The notes under the pieces: generated by a model
What the model saw: only the letters and a program-made list of their open reading frames with translations
Database searches by the model: none
Told to the model about the DNA's origin: nothing
Virus record (IMG/VR): IMGVR_UViG_3300007512_000009
Location: 32,001-96,000 of that record
From: a virus
DNA: 64,000 nucleotides
Strand: one strand, 5' to 3'
Part shown: positions 1 to 9,114 of the stretch, piece by piece
Numbering within the stretch: position 1 is the stretch's first letter
How the letters are laid out: each line of letters opens with the position of its first letter
Made by a program: the position numbers and the translations under genes

Positions 1-86
1 TTAGTCAACCCATCAAAGAGAAAATTAAAGAAGAAGGTCAAACAATAAATTTATTGCCGTCTAAGACTAAACTTCCTCTTGAATAA
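1..86 (+). CDS. gp33: Late transcription co-activator gp33, C-terminal fragment (truncated by window)
   Basis: Manual translation from nt 3 gives SQPIKEKIKEEGQTINLLPSKTKLPLE*, matching the gp33 C-terminus of T4-like phages (..PLKEK..E...N.L...KLPL); lies directly upstream of gp32. Confidence 0.7.
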   Translation, partial: SQPIKEKIKEEGQTINLLPSKTKLPLE

Positions 87-92
87 CAATAA

Positions 93-121
93 TTGACTAA
101 ATACAGCCGTTCTGATACAAT
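93..121 (+). promoter_or_regulatory. Sigma70-type promoter for gp32
   Basis: TTGACT (93-98), 17 nt, TACAAT (116-121), preceded by TG. Confidence 0.6.
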
Positions 122-181
122 ACACATTAATCGTTTATACAAAACTCCGTTTACACACAATACAAAAAAAGGAAAATATAT

Positions 182-1090
182 ATGAGTTTTAGCAAGATGA
201 AAAAGTCCACAGGAAACACTAGCAATCTGATGGACGAACTAAACAAAATCTCTTCAGGTAGTGGTAAGAAAGACTACAATGACGAGAGATTTTGGAAACC
301 AACACGTGATAAATCAGACAATGGATACGCAGTTATCCGATTTCTTCCACCTGTAGATGGTGAGGATGTACCATGGGTTCGTGTCTTTAATCATGGGTTT
401 AAAGGTAAAGGTGGATGGTTGATTGATAATTGTCCTACAACTATTGGTAAGAAATGTCCTGTTTGTGAAGCAAATAATGCATTATGGAACAGTGGTCTTG
501 AATCAGACAAAGACATTGCTCGTAACCGTAAGCGAAAATTACAATACATTTCAAATATCGTGGTTGTTGAAGATTCAAAAAATCCTGATGCAGAAGGTAA
601 AGTGTTTTTATATAAATTCGGTAAGAAGATTTTTGATAAGATTCAAGAAGTTCTTCAACCAGAGTTTGAAGATGAAGACCCAATGAACCCATTCGATTTC
701 TGGAAAGGTGCAAATTTTAAAATTAAAATACGCAAAGTCGGTGGATTTGTGAATTATGATAAAAGCGAATTCACTACGCCAACTGCTTTTGCAGATGGTG
801 ATGATGGAGCACTAGAAATAATCTGGAAAAAACAATATAAGTTGCAAGAATTTATTGGTGATGACCAGTTCAAATCGTATGATGAATTGAAATCACGGAT
901 GGACATGGTTCTTGGTGGTGGTGGTGTTGCTACATCTGCTGTGGAAGTGTCTGAAAAGAAAGATATCCCATATCCAAAGAGTAATCCATTTGGTGAACCG
1001 AAAGCGGAAGAAAAAGCGGAAGAAGTAAGCGATAGTGAAGAAGGTGAAGATGCATTAGCCTACTTTGAAAGACTCGCTAACGAAGATTAA
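182..1090 (+). CDS. gp32: Single-stranded DNA-binding protein gp32
   Basis: DERFWKP, GYAVIRFLP, HGFKGKGGWLIDNCPTT..CPVC, LYKFGKKIFDKI, PFDFWKGANFKIKIRKV and acidic tail ending YFERLANED. Confidence 0.97.
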   Translation: MSFSKMKKSTGNTSNLMDELNKISSGSGKKDYNDERFWKPTRDKSDNGYAVIRFLPPVDGEDVPWVRVFNHGFKGKGGWLIDNCPTTIGKKCPVCEANNALWNSGLESDKDIARNRKRKLQYISNIVVVEDSKNPDAEGKVFLYKFGKKIFDKIQEVLQPEFEDEDPMNPFDFWKGANFKIKIRKVGGFVNYDKSEFTTPTAFADGDDGALEIIWKKQYKLQEFIGDDQFKSYDELKSRMDMVLGGGGVATSAVEVSEKKDIPYPKSNPFGEPKAEEKAEEVSDSEEGEDALAYFERLANED

Positions 1091-1113
1091 TTTTTTATAA
1101 TTTATTCTTATTT

Positions 1114-1155
1114 ACAACGGACGTGTCTAATTAGTTTAGTACGTCCGTTGTTTTA
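1114..1155. terminator. Probable bidirectional intrinsic terminator between convergent gp32 and tape-measure-like gene
   Basis: ACAACGGACGT (1114-1124) and ACGTCCGTTGT (1141-1151) form an 11-bp inverted repeat with T-rich flanks on both strands. Confidence 0.7.
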
Positions 1156-1160
1156 TATTA

Positions 1161-2639
1161 TTACCACTGATTCGAAGGTATATGAGGGTTATAATCATTT
1201 CTAGAAGACATTGGTGGTTGGGAAAACGAATTATTTTCTATGTGGGTAATTAAATTATTATTATTTGTAGGACTACTAGGAAATATGGTGGGAACGTTAT
1301 CAGCCATTGAAAGTCTTGTATTTTCTCTTTGCAGTTCAAGACCAGTATTTGATGGTACTGATTGAACATCACCACCGAGGCCCAACATGTCCCTGGCCGC
1401 ATCTGCTATGTCATCACCAATCCAAGGTATATGTGTCAACATGTTTATAACATTGTTAATTGACTTTTTCAATTGTGTAAATATCCAACTAAAGAAATCA
1501 CCAACCGCTTCAATAGGAATAGCAACAAGTCCCATGACCAAATTAAATCGGCTTTTTAAAGTTGACCCAATATTACCAAAGAAATCACCAATCAAATCAA
1601 CAAAATTAATGTCTTTTAAGTCTTTAAAAAATTTAGCCGCACCGTCTAAACCTATCCAACCCATCACTGTTTCTAGCAAGCCCAATACTGAATCCATTAC
1701 TAATTCTGGCATACCAACCATCCAATTTAGTAAAAATTGTCCCAAATCTTCAAGTGCACCTGTGATGTCACCAGAAAACAATTTTTGGAATCCACTAATT
1801 AAATTACCAAAAATGCCTTCAAACACTGCGGAAAAATCATCCATCGATATCAGTCCAAAGGTGAAAAATTCTATAATGCTACCTATAAAGTCACCAATAC
1901 CACCTAGTATATCACCGCTTGCAAATTTATCCCAAGAGCGTATGGTTGCTTCTACCAGTGACCATATTATAGAAATCGGTAAAAGAAACTTAGAGAATGC
2001 TTTACCTAATTGGAAAAATACCTTAAATATCTTTCCCATATGTTTAAATTGAGGAGCAATGAATTTAAAAACAAACTTACCTATTTCAATAAATGGTTTA
2101 AGTATTTTACCGATAACCCTAAAAAACTTACCTAGGGCCTTAAAAAATGTACCAACCTTTTGTAGTCTTCCACCTTTAGAAAAAACTGTTAACCATTTAC
2201 CCCATTTGATGTTTGCAATCCACTGGAAAAAACTGTTTATTTTCTTTACCCCAGGCAACTTACTCATAATTGACCCAACCTGACCAAAAATTCCAGCAAC
2301 AATTCCTGCTGCCAATGCAGGTACTGCTAATAAAAGCAGTTTAACAATACCTGTTAAATTAGTATCTTTAAATGGTTGCGTCATCTCTGATTTAGCATCA
2401 AGGAATGCGTCTTGAAAACCTTCAAGAAGATTTAACATAAAACTTTCACGCTCTCTCTTTTCTTCTTTCGCTTTGGTCTTGGACTCTTGGCCCATTTTAC
2501 TAATACCCGCAGAAACTTTTTTAACTTCCTTGGTTTGTTTTGCATCTTCTACATTAAGTGCTTTTTCATTAGCAAGCATAATATTCTTAGTGAATATACT
2601 TGTTATCGATAGATTTTCTGGGTTATTATCATTAGCCAT
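1161..2639 (-). CDS. Tape-measure-like / baseplate hub protein (gp29 position)
   Basis: 492 aa of amphipathic helical G/F/I/L-rich repeats (GDILGGIGDF, GDITGALEDLG); follows gp26/gp51 as in other T4-like phages. Confidence 0.6.
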   Translation of the reverse strand: MANDNNPENLSITSIFTKNIMLANEKALNVEDAKQTKEVKKVSAGISKMGQESKTKAKEEKRERESFMLNLLEGFQDAFLDAKSEMTQPFKDTNLTGIVKLLLLAVPALAAGIVAGIFGQVGSIMSKLPGVKKINSFFQWIANIKWGKWLTVFSKGGRLQKVGTFFKALGKFFRVIGKILKPFIEIGKFVFKFIAPQFKHMGKIFKVFFQLGKAFSKFLLPISIIWSLVEATIRSWDKFASGDILGGIGDFIGSIIEFFTFGLISMDDFSAVFEGIFGNLISGFQKLFSGDITGALEDLGQFLLNWMVGMPELVMDSVLGLLETVMGWIGLDGAAKFFKDLKDINFVDLIGDFFGNIGSTLKSRFNLVMGLVAIPIEAVGDFFSWIFTQLKKSINNVINMLTHIPWIGDDIADAARDMLGLGGDVQSVPSNTGLELQRENTRLSMADNVPTIFPSSPTNNNNLITHIENNSFSQPPMSSRNDYNPHIPSNQW

Positions 2640-2645
2640 ACGATT

Positions 2646-2653
2646 TATTTATA
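2646..2653 (-). promoter_or_regulatory. T4-type late promoter TATAAATA
   Basis: Exact TATAAATA on the minus strand, 6 nt before the ATG at 2639. Confidence 0.7.
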
Positions 2654-2655
2654 CC

Positions 2656-2787
2656 TTAAAATTTGTTCTGCTCATTCTTTTTATTTTCTTCTTTAATAAA
2701 TTTAGTTAATAAAGTTATGTATACTTGTCTTTCCCATGGTAACATATTTTCTAAATCATTCAATGAATAGTTGTGGTGTTGCATCAT
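2656..2787 (-). CDS. gp51: Baseplate hub assembly protein gp51 (below ORF-track cutoff; possibly the C-terminal part of a gp26-gp51 frameshift fusion)
   Basis: Manual translation MMQHHNYSLNDLENMLPWERQVYITLLTKFIKEENKKNEQNKF*, the MMQHH.YSL..LENM.PWER..Y signature of gp51-like proteins. Confidence 0.85.
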   Translation of the reverse strand: MMQHHNYSLNDLENMLPWERQVYITLLTKFIKEENKKNEQNKF

Positions 2788-2834
2788 TGAAAAATTTGTT
2801 TGATAATAGTTAATTAACGTATCATGACAAAGAC

Positions 2835-3530
2835 CTATGCGAAAAAATCCTGTAGTTTCTCCATTGTAACTGAATTTTCATTTAAACAACTATCACATTT
2901 GAAATTTATCACTTTTTGCATTTTAGGCATCGTTTCAAAGAATTTTTGTATCTTCTCAAATTGCAAGTGGTTAAGACTATCTACGAAATCTGATAGTTCT
3001 TCATCTGTAGAATCTTTTGCCTCATGAACTGTTTTAGCATCATAAATCTTGTCTATGCACATATTTACCACTTTAAGAGGGTTTTCCTTCATGTTTGGTG
3101 AATCAAGCATACCAAAAGTAGGATATCTCATAACAACACCAATGTCATCAGTCAGTTGAATTTTGCTGTCATGACCTTCAGTTTTAATAACACCGACATC
3201 AGAAAGGTTTACTCCGACAAGACATTCATGTTCACATTTTTCACACTTTAACTTTAGTTTGACCGTTTCACCTACCGATTTCGACCTCAAATTTAAAAAT
3301 AGATATTCAATATCAAAAACGGGTAGTGTTTGAACATCAACGTCATCACTTTCTATACAGTTATTAATGATGGTTTTAACTGCATTTGCTAATTCTCTGT
3401 CATCTTCCGATTCAACGGCCATCAATAAAATTTTTTCTTCTTTAACCAAAAACGGTCTATAGTTAATTGTATCACCGTTAGACGGTAATTTTAGACTGTA
3501 TTTTGGTGTTGCAACTTTTGGTAGTGCCAT
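2835..3530 (-). CDS. gp26: Baseplate hub subunit gp26
   Basis: MALPKVATPKYSLKLPS, YRPFLVKEEKILLMA, FDIEYLFLNLRSKSVGE, QFEKIQKFFETMPK, C-terminal CxxC..LQDFF. Confidence 0.93.
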   Translation of the reverse strand: MALPKVATPKYSLKLPSNGDTINYRPFLVKEEKILLMAVESEDDRELANAVKTIINNCIESDDVDVQTLPVFDIEYLFLNLRSKSVGETVKLKLKCEKCEHECLVGVNLSDVGVIKTEGHDSKIQLTDDIGVVMRYPTFGMLDSPNMKENPLKVVNMCIDKIYDAKTVHEAKDSTDEELSDFVDSLNHLQFEKIQKFFETMPKMQKVINFKCDSCLNENSVTMEKLQDFFA

Positions 3531-3550
3531 ACTATATCATCTCCTATAAA

Positions 3551-4303
3551 TTATAACCAATTACCCATACCCCCAATGTTGAAGCCAGTTATCTCCTGTA
3601 AAGTAGCCGCTCCACCATCTGCCCAAACCTCAAACAATTGTGAAAAGTTGAATGGATTACCATACTCTCCACCTAAAATTCCTAACTCCTGCAGAGTACC
3701 ACCCAGACCTTCGTCGAAATTTCTTACTGCAGGTACATCATATAAAAACTCTGCGGCCACTGCACCACCAAAAGAAATAATGGTGGGTACATACCTTCTG
3801 AATGCTAGGGTGACTGATTGTTGAGCAATAGCACCACCACCTTCATTGCTGAGCGTTAATTCACCGATTGCTTTAGGGAACACTTCTTCTACCCTTATTC
3901 GATAAATGGGCATATCAAACTCATTGAGTACGTATATGTACATATCACATTTGTAGTCATCATAATAGGCAAGTCTACCACTTCTTGGGTCTACTATACC
4001 ATCCATCCAAGTTTCAAAAACCCTTCTCTCCCACATATCTTTACCCAAAAATAAATTCAATGTTATTTCTGAACCATAAAGTGAATCATATGGTATCTCT
4101 CTTGAAGGCCCTGCATAATTTTTATCGGGTGCGGTGGCAATTGACCTGCCGGGCGCTGAAACTGAATTACACATTAAACTCATCCTGTTGCCCTGAGCGA
4201 AGTCGGAAATACCTAAAAATCCACTAAATTCAATTAAGTATTTGTTTGGTGTAAATACACCAAACTTCTTTATATTATTTATCATTCTATCTATTCTTGG
4301 CAT
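3551..4303 (-). CDS. gp54: Tail-tube-fold baseplate tail tube initiator (gp54-like)
   Basis: gp19-like fold motifs (LMCNSVSAPGR, REIPY, VFETWMD, YYDDY, EEVFPKAI, VTLAFR); position next to gp26 and gp2. Confidence 0.7.
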   Translation of the reverse strand: MPRIDRMINNIKKFGVFTPNKYLIEFSGFLGISDFAQGNRMSLMCNSVSAPGRSIATAPDKNYAGPSREIPYDSLYGSEITLNLFLGKDMWERRVFETWMDGIVDPRSGRLAYYDDYKCDMYIYVLNEFDMPIYRIRVEEVFPKAIGELTLSNEGGGAIAQQSVTLAFRRYVPTIISFGGAVAAEFLYDVPAVRNFDEGLGGTLQELGILGGEYGNPFNFSQLFEVWADGGAATLQEITGFNIGGMGNWL

Positions 4304-4317
4304 GTTTATTCTCTAAG

Positions 4318-4325
4318 TATTTATA
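4318..4325 (-). promoter_or_regulatory. T4-type late promoter TATAAATA
   Basis: Exact motif on the minus strand, 14 nt upstream of the ATG at 4303. Confidence 0.7.
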
Positions 4326-4329
4326 ACAA

Positions 4330-4971
4330 CTACCGCAAACTATCCATAACATCGTCATGACTTTTCTTCCAGACTCTTTGTTTAGACCATTTCTTAAATT
4401 GTTCAGTTGGCAATCGTATTGCTGAGTTCCAATCGGGAGAAGGTATTAATAACATTTCCGACCTGAACCTAGTCCTTAGGTATTTTTTAAAACAGGGTTT
4501 ATACCATTTTAACCTTGATGCACTCTTTAACCAGTCATATGTAACCCTGAGTCTTGTGAACTCATCATATTGGGTGTTATTTGAATAGTCATCCAAATGG
4601 TTTAATAGTATTTGTCTATATCTTGGTGCAATGTAGTGTAGGTTAAGACCCGTGATGTATGTTTTAGTCACGTCCAAGGTTATGACAAGAGGGAAGGTGT
4701 CGTAGTATTTAAGTGTGGCCCTACCCTTAGGTAGATATCTGAAAGTAAACATTTTACCAGTCTGGTCACCAGAAACAAGACTTCTTAAAGAAGTCTGAGG
4801 GCCTTTTTTAATATGTGATGCCTGTGCAACATCATCATATCCATATTTTTTACCTTCTGAGATTCTGCTAACAGTATCTTTGAACCATCTCCATGATTGT
4901 TTGGTTTCTGGGTCAACCTCAGACATAGAGGAAAGAGTTTTAAGTTTACCAAATGGATTCCGTTTAGCCAT
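4330..4971 (-). CDS. gp2: DNA end protector protein gp2
   Basis: GKMFTFRY.PK, LKYYDTFPLV, GLNLHY, PCFKKYL, LPTEQF. Confidence 0.93.
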   Translation of the reverse strand: MAKRNPFGKLKTLSSMSEVDPETKQSWRWFKDTVSRISEGKKYGYDDVAQASHIKKGPQTSLRSLVSGDQTGKMFTFRYLPKGRATLKYYDTFPLVITLDVTKTYITGLNLHYIAPRYRQILLNHLDDYSNNTQYDEFTRLRVTYDWLKSASRLKWYKPCFKKYLRTRFRSEMLLIPSPDWNSAIRLPTEQFKKWSKQRVWKKSHDDVMDSLR

Positions 4972-5425
4972 GTTTCTTTTTTTTATTTCCTTTTTTATAT
5001 AACACGTCTTCTGTTAAAATCTTAAAGTTCCATCCCTTGTTTTCAGCAAATTCTCTGGCTGCTTTCCATTTAGCACTGTTAACACCCCATCTCATAACTT
5101 CTGTTATATACCTTCTAGTAGGTTTTTCTCTCTTTTCTGGTGCTTTGCACTGTGCTTTTGGTTTAACTTCAATCAAAGTTATTTCTTTAAAACCCTTTTT
5201 ATTTATTGTTTCAACTATGAAATCAACAAAATACCTGTGTATTTTGTTGTCTTTCGGTGATTTATATGGAACAACCACCTCTTCTGAACCCCAGTTTAAA
5301 ACTGAACTGGTGCTGTCACAAAAAACCATAAATCGTCTTTCCCATAAAGACCTATATACCACTTTGGTTGGGTCACCTAGATATTTTGAAGGATTTTTTA
5401 CTCTGTATTTTCCCTTATATGCCAT
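4964..5425 (-). CDS. gp4: Head completion protein gp4 (TnsA-like nuclease fold)
   Basis: MAYKGKYRVKNPSKYLGDPT..VYRSLWE, WGSEE, HRYFVDF, IEVKP, NSAKWKAA. Confidence 0.95.
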   Translation of the reverse strand: MAYKGKYRVKNPSKYLGDPTKVVYRSLWERRFMVFCDSTSSVLNWGSEEVVVPYKSPKDNKIHRYFVDFIVETINKKGFKEITLIEVKPKAQCKAPEKREKPTRRYITEVMRWGVNSAKWKAAREFAENKGWNFKILTEDVLYKKGNKKKKHG

Positions 5426-5436
5426 AATCTATATTT

Positions 5437-5481
5437 TATTTATAAATAACTATAGGTATTTCTGTATATGCTTTATAAATA
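5437..5481. promoter_or_regulatory. Divergent late promoter region between gp4 and gp48
   Basis: Palindrome TATTTATAAATA (5437-5448) contains TATAAATA on both strands; a second plus-strand TATAAATA at 5474-5481. Confidence 0.7.
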
Positions 5482-5499
5482 AACTGGGAGTTATTATAA

Positions 5500-6651
5500 A
5501 TGGTAGATAATCAAGACGTACAAGCAAGTGGTGGTATTTTTGGACAATTGTCTGATGCTGTTACTGGGACACTTGCAGATTTAGGTAATCTAGGTTTAGA
5601 CCAAATGGCTGCCTCAGGTAATTTAGATAACTGGGATGGTCAAAACCCCACCAACCTAGAATATCCACCAACGATGCATTCTAATCCTAATGAGGGTAAC
5701 ATTATTTTGTTTAAAATGTGGAATAAAAAGAGTGCTAAATTTAGTGGTACTCAATTTTCTACCAGAAATTTTGTAGAAACTGAGACTGAGCAAATAGATA
5801 ATTTAAGCCAAGGGTCATGTCCCGCTTGTCATCAATATTCAAATTCTTCAGTATTTTCACACGATTTTGGTGCAAATTGTAACGAGGTAACTAATGAAAC
5901 TGTTGTTGAAGAAACAAGAGAATTAGTTGAAGATACTAGGTTAGGTAAAGCAACAGAAGAATCTAAAGATACTATTGCACTTTTTATGCCTAGAGGACTT
6001 AAAAATTCTGATACTATTGAATACTCTGATGTAGATTTTGGTCTTATCAAGGGTATTATGGAAGGAAATTTAGCATCTTTAATTCCAGGCATGGCACAAA
6101 AGGCAGCAGGTCTTGTTGATGGTCTTGCTCAGATAACTAACACCGAATTGAATACATCATCTGCAATAAACGCAATAACGGGTGCTGTTAGAAACCCTAG
6201 ACAAGAGCAGTTATTCAACGGTGTTGGATTCAGAACTTTTGATTTCACCTTCAATTTCTTTCCTAAGAATGCAAATGAATCTTTATTAGTTAAACAGATA
6301 TGTGATGTTTTTAGATTTCATGCTTATCCAGAATCTGTTGGTGCTAATGCTTTTTGGCGATTTCCTTCAGAATTTGAAATTAAATTTGCAAACTTAACTG
6401 TTCCTACAGCAAACCCATGGCAGCAAATACAAGGTCTATTTGGTGTAGGAGATGACGATGTTGAACAAATACAAGAAAATTATTGGATTAATCGAGTAGG
6501 CAGATGTGTTTTAACCAGTGTTAATGTAGAATATTTTCCGAATGATGCAATGTCTACATTTAGAAGTGGTGCACCTACTGCAGTAAATCTTAGTCTTACC
6601 TTCCAAGAAATGCATCAAATGGATAGGGCAGCAATAAAATTAGGTTATTAA
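5500..6651 (+). CDS. gp48: Baseplate tail tube cap gp48
   Basis: IALFMP, NPRQEQLFNGVGFRTFDFTFNFFPKN..ES, FRFHAYP, FPSEFEI, CVLTSVNVEY, LSLTFQE. Confidence 0.93.
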   Translation: MVDNQDVQASGGIFGQLSDAVTGTLADLGNLGLDQMAASGNLDNWDGQNPTNLEYPPTMHSNPNEGNIILFKMWNKKSAKFSGTQFSTRNFVETETEQIDNLSQGSCPACHQYSNSSVFSHDFGANCNEVTNETVVEETRELVEDTRLGKATEESKDTIALFMPRGLKNSDTIEYSDVDFGLIKGIMEGNLASLIPGMAQKAAGLVDGLAQITNTELNTSSAINAITGAVRNPRQEQLFNGVGFRTFDFTFNFFPKNANESLLVKQICDVFRFHAYPESVGANAFWRFPSEFEIKFANLTVPTANPWQQIQGLFGVGDDDVEQIQENYWINRVGRCVLTSVNVEYFPNDAMSTFRSGAPTAVNLSLTFQEMHQMDRAAIKLGY

Positions 6652-6652
6652 T

Positions 6653-7579
6653 ATGGTTTATTTTAGTAAATTTCCAAGAGTAAACTACACCTTTGATAAT
6701 GGTAAAACCAATAAAATGGCCATTGACATTATGAAAAGAGTGGGGTTTAAAAGCACTACCAAGGCCAACGCAGGTATGTTTGCTGAGCATAATGTTATGG
6801 ATGGTGATACACCAGAAATGCTAGCACATAAAATCTATGGTAGTTCCGAACTACACTGGGTCATTTTGCTTTTTAATGACATTATTAACCCTGACTATGA
6901 CTGGCCAATGTCTAGTAGAAAATTGGAAAGTTTCATTAAGAAAAAGTATCCAGGCAAGGCATTTTTTGTTACAGATGAAAGCGGTGGAACAGGAACTTTT
7001 GCTGATGTACATTTTGAGAGAAATTGGACTGTTCTTGGTATAGATGGTAATACATATGATGATTTACAAAAAACATCTTATGGTCAAACAAATGCGGCCT
7101 TGATACATAGATGGAATAAGAGTCTTTCAAAACTAGAAGTGACAGGTGTTTCAGGTACTTTTTCTACAGGTGACTATATTGTTGCTATTGGCACTTCTGC
7201 AGACGGTTCTACATATAATGTCGGTGCATATCTTGCTAGGGTCGTTGACCAAAACCATGCATCAGTACATCATTTTGAAAATTCAATAGATAAAACTATA
7301 CTTAATCCACTTGGTGCACCACCAACTGGTGGTACTGGGGAACAAGCAGTTGTTGGTCATACCGCTGGCGGACAGACCATTGGTACAACAGGTGATAATT
7401 CAACATATGATGATACTTTATTGCAAAACTATATTGTCGGTTTAACCGACACATATACTAAAACCAATTTTGAATACGAAACAGAAGAAAATGAAAAGAA
7501 AAGAACAATTAAATTGGTTAGGCCAGATTATATAGCCAAAGTGGTTAGAGAATTTGAAGCATTGATGAGGAGTAGATAA
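6653..7579 (+). CDS. gp53: Baseplate wedge protein gp53 (LysM-containing)
   Basis: YFSKFP, DGDTPEMLAHKIYGSSELHWVILLFNDIINP..DWP, TNFEYE..ENEKKRTIKL. Confidence 0.93.
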   Translation: MVYFSKFPRVNYTFDNGKTNKMAIDIMKRVGFKSTTKANAGMFAEHNVMDGDTPEMLAHKIYGSSELHWVILLFNDIINPDYDWPMSSRKLESFIKKKYPGKAFFVTDESGGTGTFADVHFERNWTVLGIDGNTYDDLQKTSYGQTNAALIHRWNKSLSKLEVTGVSGTFSTGDYIVAIGTSADGSTYNVGAYLARVVDQNHASVHHFENSIDKTILNPLGAPPTGGTGEQAVVGHTAGGQTIGTTGDNSTYDDTLLQNYIVGLTDTYTKTNFEYETEENEKKRTIKLVRPDYIAKVVREFEALMRSR

Positions 7580-7581
7580 TC

Positions 7582-9111
7582 TTGCCTAAAGAACACGACT
7601 CATATGAAATATTAAATGATGTTGTAATTGGTAAGGTTGAACTTATCTCAGATAACGGTGGTGCATTAAATGTTACAGATATGGTAAAACATATCAGCAT
7701 TTACGAAGACATAAAAAAACCATATCTAACTGGCTATGTTTACATACAGGATGCTATGAATATTAGTAAACATCTTCCTATAACTGGACATGAAACGTTA
7801 TTGATAGACTTTAAAACGCCAGGTATTGAAAATTCGCAATATATTACCCTTGAGATGGATGTGTTTTCTGTTACTGATAGAACCCGAACGAAAAACGATA
7901 GAGCAGAAATGTATAAGTTGAATTTCTCTTCGAAAATACGAAAAATCAACGAACAAATAAGGATAAACCAAAACTTTAAAGGTTCATGTTCCAGTGTGAT
8001 TAGTCGACTAATAGAAAACATCTTTCCAAAAGACACAATATTTAACATTGAACCAACCCAATATGACTTTGATTTTGTAATACCAAATTTAAAACCACTG
8101 GATACAATTGAGTTTATCTCTAAGAAGGCAATTTCTTGTACCCCACCACACAATGCTAACTTCATGCATTATGAATCAATGGTTGATGGTCAAGTTTTCG
8201 TGTCTTTAGGATTTCTTACAAATAACGATGTGGTAAGAAATTATGAAATGAGAACCAGTGGTTATTACGGAGATAATCTTCTTAAACAAAGATTTAATAT
8301 ACAAGATTTTGAACTAGTTGGCGATTTTAATAGGTATGAAGACTTATCCAATGGTGTTTACATGAGTACCTTAGTTACCCATGACATAACCACAAAACAA
8401 ATAAAAACCTACCGACAGACTGGTGCTCATCATGAGAGTGACACTATTGAGGAGTATGGTATATTACCCCAAAAAAGCAAGTGGACTAGTGTATCTGTTG
8501 TAAATATGGGTTTAGACCACGTAGGTCCAACATATTTTAGGCCTAAACAAATGTACGCATATACTGGTGACATGGGTGCACCAACATCAAATAATCCCAG
8601 CCCTACATGGTATTATAAAGAAGACGGACAATATTTTTTTAGCGACGATGGTAAATTGCTTGACCAAGAATCAGTTGATATGATTGAAGAGGGTAGTGAC
8701 ATTACAATGCGTGAAAACAATTCAGTTAATTTCAACCCAGAAGATTATCTTCTGAAAAATAGAATGACCTCTGGTGCACTTGGTAATACTAGGATAAATA
8801 TAAGGGTAGCGGGTGATTCAACATTAACTTCAGGTATGATAGTAAGCATAAAAGTACCTTCAACTGAACCCTTAGACAAAGATAGTACCGAGTGGTGGGA
8901 CCCATATTATAGTGGTAAGTATATGATTACCGCAATTAGACATTTAATTGATAACATTGGTGGTGGATATACTAGCATTTTAGAGTTATCTAGAGATTCG
9001 TTACCCAATAAAATACCAGACAAAAAGACTTTCGATTTAGGTGAGGATTATAATGAATCTGCATGGCGTAGAGTAGAAGAATTACAACAAGGTAATCTTT
9101 TAGGAATATAA
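7582..9111 (+). CDS. Baseplate hub protein (gp27-like)
   Basis: ISIYEDI..PYLTG...IQDA..LPITGHE, SGKYMITAIRH; sits between gp53 and gp5; TTG start. Confidence 0.7.
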   Translation: MPKEHDSYEILNDVVIGKVELISDNGGALNVTDMVKHISIYEDIKKPYLTGYVYIQDAMNISKHLPITGHETLLIDFKTPGIENSQYITLEMDVFSVTDRTRTKNDRAEMYKLNFSSKIRKINEQIRINQNFKGSCSSVISRLIENIFPKDTIFNIEPTQYDFDFVIPNLKPLDTIEFISKKAISCTPPHNANFMHYESMVDGQVFVSLGFLTNNDVVRNYEMRTSGYYGDNLLKQRFNIQDFELVGDFNRYEDLSNGVYMSTLVTHDITTKQIKTYRQTGAHHESDTIEEYGILPQKSKWTSVSVVNMGLDHVGPTYFRPKQMYAYTGDMGAPTSNNPSPTWYYKEDGQYFFSDDGKLLDQESVDMIEEGSDITMRENNSVNFNPEDYLLKNRMTSGALGNTRINIRVAGDSTLTSGMIVSIKVPSTEPLDKDSTEWWDPYYSGKYMITAIRHLIDNIGGGYTSILELSRDSLPNKIPDKKTFDLGEDYNESAWRRVEELQQGNLLGI

Positions 9112-9114
9112 CTT

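Noticed and set aside
1387-2052. 221-aa plus-strand ORF, and similar antisense ORFs (3576, 5037, 7740, 10698, 23218, 28444, 51686 and others)
   Set aside because: They are shadows of well-supported genes on the opposite strand, with no start signals or recognisable motifs
4964-5425. TnsA-like nuclease suggesting a transposon
   Set aside because: It is the conserved gp4 head completion gene in normal synteny, with no transposon ends or partner genes
5818-5832. CPACH (CxxCH) in an insertion of gp48, suggesting heme c binding
   Set aside because: Single motif in a cytoplasmically assembled structural protein with no export signal; chance or a metal site is more likely
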